Program-made: the position numbers and the translations under genes | The notes under the pieces: model-generated | Databases searched by the model: none | Seen by the model: the letters and a program-made list of their open reading frames with translations, nothing else | Told to the model about the DNA's origin: nothing | Origin: an uncultured virus (IMG/VR IMGVR_UViG_3300044513_001424) | Lineage: Duplodnaviria; Heunggongvirae; Uroviricota; Caudoviricetes | Reading direction: 5' to 3' (one strand) | IMG/VR virus record: IMGVR_UViG_3300044513_001424 | Length of the DNA stretch: 64,000 nt | Shown: positions 63,112 through 64,000 of the stretch, piece after piece | How positions within the stretch are numbered: the stretch's first letter is position 1 | How the letters are laid out: the number at the start of each line of letters is the position of its first letter

Positions 63112-63141
63112 GGGGACGCAAGTCCCCTGTTTTTATAAATA
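63112..63141 (+). terminator. Terminator followed by late promoter
   Basis: ggggac-gcaa-gtcccc plus T-run, then TATAAATA at 63134-63141. Confidence 0.75.
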
Positions 63142-63177
63142 AATCTAGATCATAGTCAAACATTGGAGTAATAGCCC

Positions 63178-63696
63178 ATGTCTCTTTGGGGAAATAAAGA
63201 TACCGTATACGCGACTGGTAACATTACGGACATCACTGATGCTGGTGTAGTTACTGGATCTGGCACAACTTTCTCCGCATCGGGGCTTGTTGAGGCTGGT
63301 CAAGTTATCACCATGGGTGCCTATGGTGCTGGTGTTATCAAGTCCGTTGATTCGGATACGCAACTCACTCTCGATAGCCCTGCAGGATTAGTTGGAGTTT
63401 CCACAAGTGGAATCACTCAATCCTTCAACGTCAGTGAATCACCTGTTTATCTTGTTAAGGATCAGAATTGGGCAGGTAACGAGATCTACGGTGTAGATAA
63501 CGCTGAGGTTGGTGTTGCTAGAACCACTATCTACTCTGTTGATCATGGTGGATGGGTTGGAATTACCACATACACTGATCAGCACGGTACTACAAGAACA
63601 AAAACTGAAGTCTTCGTTGCTATGGGTAAAGATTCTACTGGAAGTGGTGGTATTGTTGGTGACGCTGCAGACGATTCTGTCCTTGCAGATAGCTGA
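63178..63696 (+). CDS. Putative virion structural protein
   Basis: MSLWGNKD, GSGTTF, HGGWVGITTYTDQHGTTRTKTEVFVAM; late promoter upstream. Confidence 0.6.
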   Translation: MSLWGNKDTVYATGNITDITDAGVVTGSGTTFSASGLVEAGQVITMGAYGAGVIKSVDSDTQLTLDSPAGLVGVSTSGITQSFNVSESPVYLVKDQNWAGNEIYGVDNAEVGVARTTIYSVDHGGWVGITTYTDQHGTTRTKTEVFVAMGKDSTGSGGIVGDAADDSVLADS

Positions 63697-63724
63697 TATA
63701 CATAGTACAGACAAGTAATGATAT

Positions 63725-64000
63725 ATGAAGTTCACTGAGTTGAATGATAATAACTATGTTATCTTTGCAATTAAACATTATGAGAATCCACACGCAGTAA
63801 CAAAGGAAGACTTTGAGGAAGACCTCAAACGATTCAAGTGGATAAAGAGGCTTTTAAAACGTTATAAAACTACTGGCGTTTTAAAAGCCCACCTTCTCAT
63901 CAATCATTTTATTATTTTATATAATGTATTTGGTGAAGCCGCTACACCTTTGTTGTTCTATAAGATTGACAAAGACTTGTGGCCTGTGGTAAAAACATTT
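63725..64000 (+). CDS. Conserved T4-like hypothetical protein, 3'-truncated
   Basis: MKFTELNDNNYVIFAIKHYENP...EDLKRFKWIKRL...LINHFIILYNVFG; open to the window end. Confidence 0.7.
   Translation, partial: MKFTELNDNNYVIFAIKHYENPHAVTKEDFEEDLKRFKWIKRLLKRYKTTGVLKAHLLINHFIILYNVFGEAATPLLFYKIDKDLWPVVKTF

Overview
This window is 64 kb of a T4-like marine cyanomyovirus genome (Kyanoviridae-type), supported by T4-core synteny plus pebS, cobS, hsp20, mazG and speD. 1-10.8 kb is an accessory island: the end of a Cys/Gly-rich fibre gene, a tail-fibre chaperone, a glycosyltransferase-like gene, an O-carbamoyltransferase, a flavin-dependent halogenase, a near-complete ADP-heptose pathway (HldC, HldA, HAD phosphatase, cupin, HldD) and several 2OG-Fe(II) oxygenases. 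10.8-27.7 kb holds neck, terminase, tail, head and gp3 genes. 27.7-52.7 kb holds recombination and replication genes interrupted by accessory genes (vWA/CobS, pebS, denV-like, speD, DUF4338/DruA-like, hsp20, oxygenases, mazG). 52.7-64 kb is a late region of probable internal-head and virion proteins. Main leads: (i) a phage heptosylation/carbamoylation/halogenation tailoring cluster beside fibre genes; (ii) ORFs with T4-type capsid-targeting N-termini, including a nucleotidyltransferase, and two modular proteins that look like gp21-processed polyproteins; (iii) a ROSE-like thermometer on hsp20; (iv) a perfect sigma70 promoter firing antisense toward uvsW; (v) a DruA-like gene inside the clamp-loader operon. 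All calls rest on motif recognition and synteny by eye; no searches were run. No tRNA, rRNA, CRISPR array, intron or intein was seen.
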